From Bacilli bacterium (GTDB lineage Bacteria > Bacillota_I > Bacilli_A > RFN20 > CAG-288), in assembly GCA_022774485.1 (NCBI GenBank), contig JALFLX010000001.1, forward strand, positions 1 to 34,049: DNA of 34,049 bases. The letters run 5' to 3'. Each line of letters begins with the position of its first letter. Position 1 is the stretch's first letter. The notes under the pieces were generated by a model. The model was not told the DNA's origin. It made no database searches and saw only the letters and a list, made by a program, of their open reading frames with translations. This document shows, one piece after another, positions 33,832 through 34,049 of the stretch. The position numbers and the translations under genes were made by a program.

Positions 33832-33940
33832 TAAAACAACAAGTCTAATCCTATTTGAAATATTATTTTTTTATACAAGCAAAACTACGACTATCTACCC
33901 ATATTTTTGAGAGCGTAATTTCCCTTTCTAGGTCATAAAA

Positions 33941-34007
33941 GGAAAAGCTGCCGGGGTTTGCCTGTGTCCCACGTTGATGGGATTATGGCACTCCGGCAGC
34001 TTTTTCC
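33941..34007. terminator. Long compound hairpin, probable bidirectional terminator
   Basis: AAAAGCTGCCGG (33943-33954) pairs with CCGGCAGCTTTT (33993-34004). Inner helices TGCC/GGCA and CCCA/TGGG subdivide the 38-nt interior. T-rich tracts follow on both strands. A possible minus-strand gene end (…VKKDKYE-TAA at 34025-34027) lies just beyond. Confidence 0.55.
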
Positions 34008-34049
34008 GTTATTTCGGTGTCCTTTTATTCGTATTTGTCTTTCTTTACA

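Noticed and set aside
34025-34048. Possible 3' end of a minus-strand gene (…VKKDKYE-stop) at the right edge
   Set aside because: Only 7 codons are visible, which is too few to support a CDS call. I mention it only as context for the terminator.
1-34049. CRISPR arrays, tRNA/rRNA genes, IS elements, integrases, toxin-antitoxin or defence-system modules
   Set aside because: I scanned intergenic regions and ORF translations by eye and found none of the following: spaced direct-repeat arrays, cloverleaf-capable segments, transposase or recombinase motifs, or nuclease/ATPase defence-type genes. The only trace of accessory gene flux is the Fic remnant and the repeat-flanked serpin/M6 cassette.

Overview
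34-kb chromosomal segment of a low-GC Firmicutes-type genome. It uses the standard code (TGA is a stop), and gene order resembles Bacilli/Erysipelotrichia. I count about 33 densely packed protein genes and saw no rRNA, tRNA, CRISPR array or IS element by eye.

Most of it is core housekeeping:
- the 3' end of prfB, plus prs, lgt, ung and tdk
- an mnmE-tatD-rnmV-rsmA RNA-maturation operon
- the classic replication block dnaX-ybaB-recR-tmk-holB-ricT(yaaT)-rsmI

Less ordinary content:
- a remnant of a Fic gene
- a heterodimeric ABC exporter with one degenerate ATP site
- VanZ-like, DUF2238-like and CPBP membrane proteins, and three lipoproteins
- a membrane-anchored serpin next to a large M6-like zinc-metalloprotease lipoprotein; this two-gene cassette lies between lgt and rsmA and is flanked by a 13/14-nt direct repeat
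- a CDF metal exporter with a natural MGHHHHHH N-terminus
- a P-type ATPase with a non-canonical TM4 ion-site motif
- a RicT/YaaT homolog with a long Asn/Gln/Arg-rich tail

I do not see a convincing novel multi-gene system: there is no defence-like, toxin-like or mobility module. The two observations most worth follow-up are the serpin/M6 surface cassette, which looks inserted, and a recurrent extended -10 box sitting 6-10 nt upstream of the ATG at the first gene of several transcription units (leaderless-type architecture).

All functional calls come from motif recognition by eye. No database search or computation was run.
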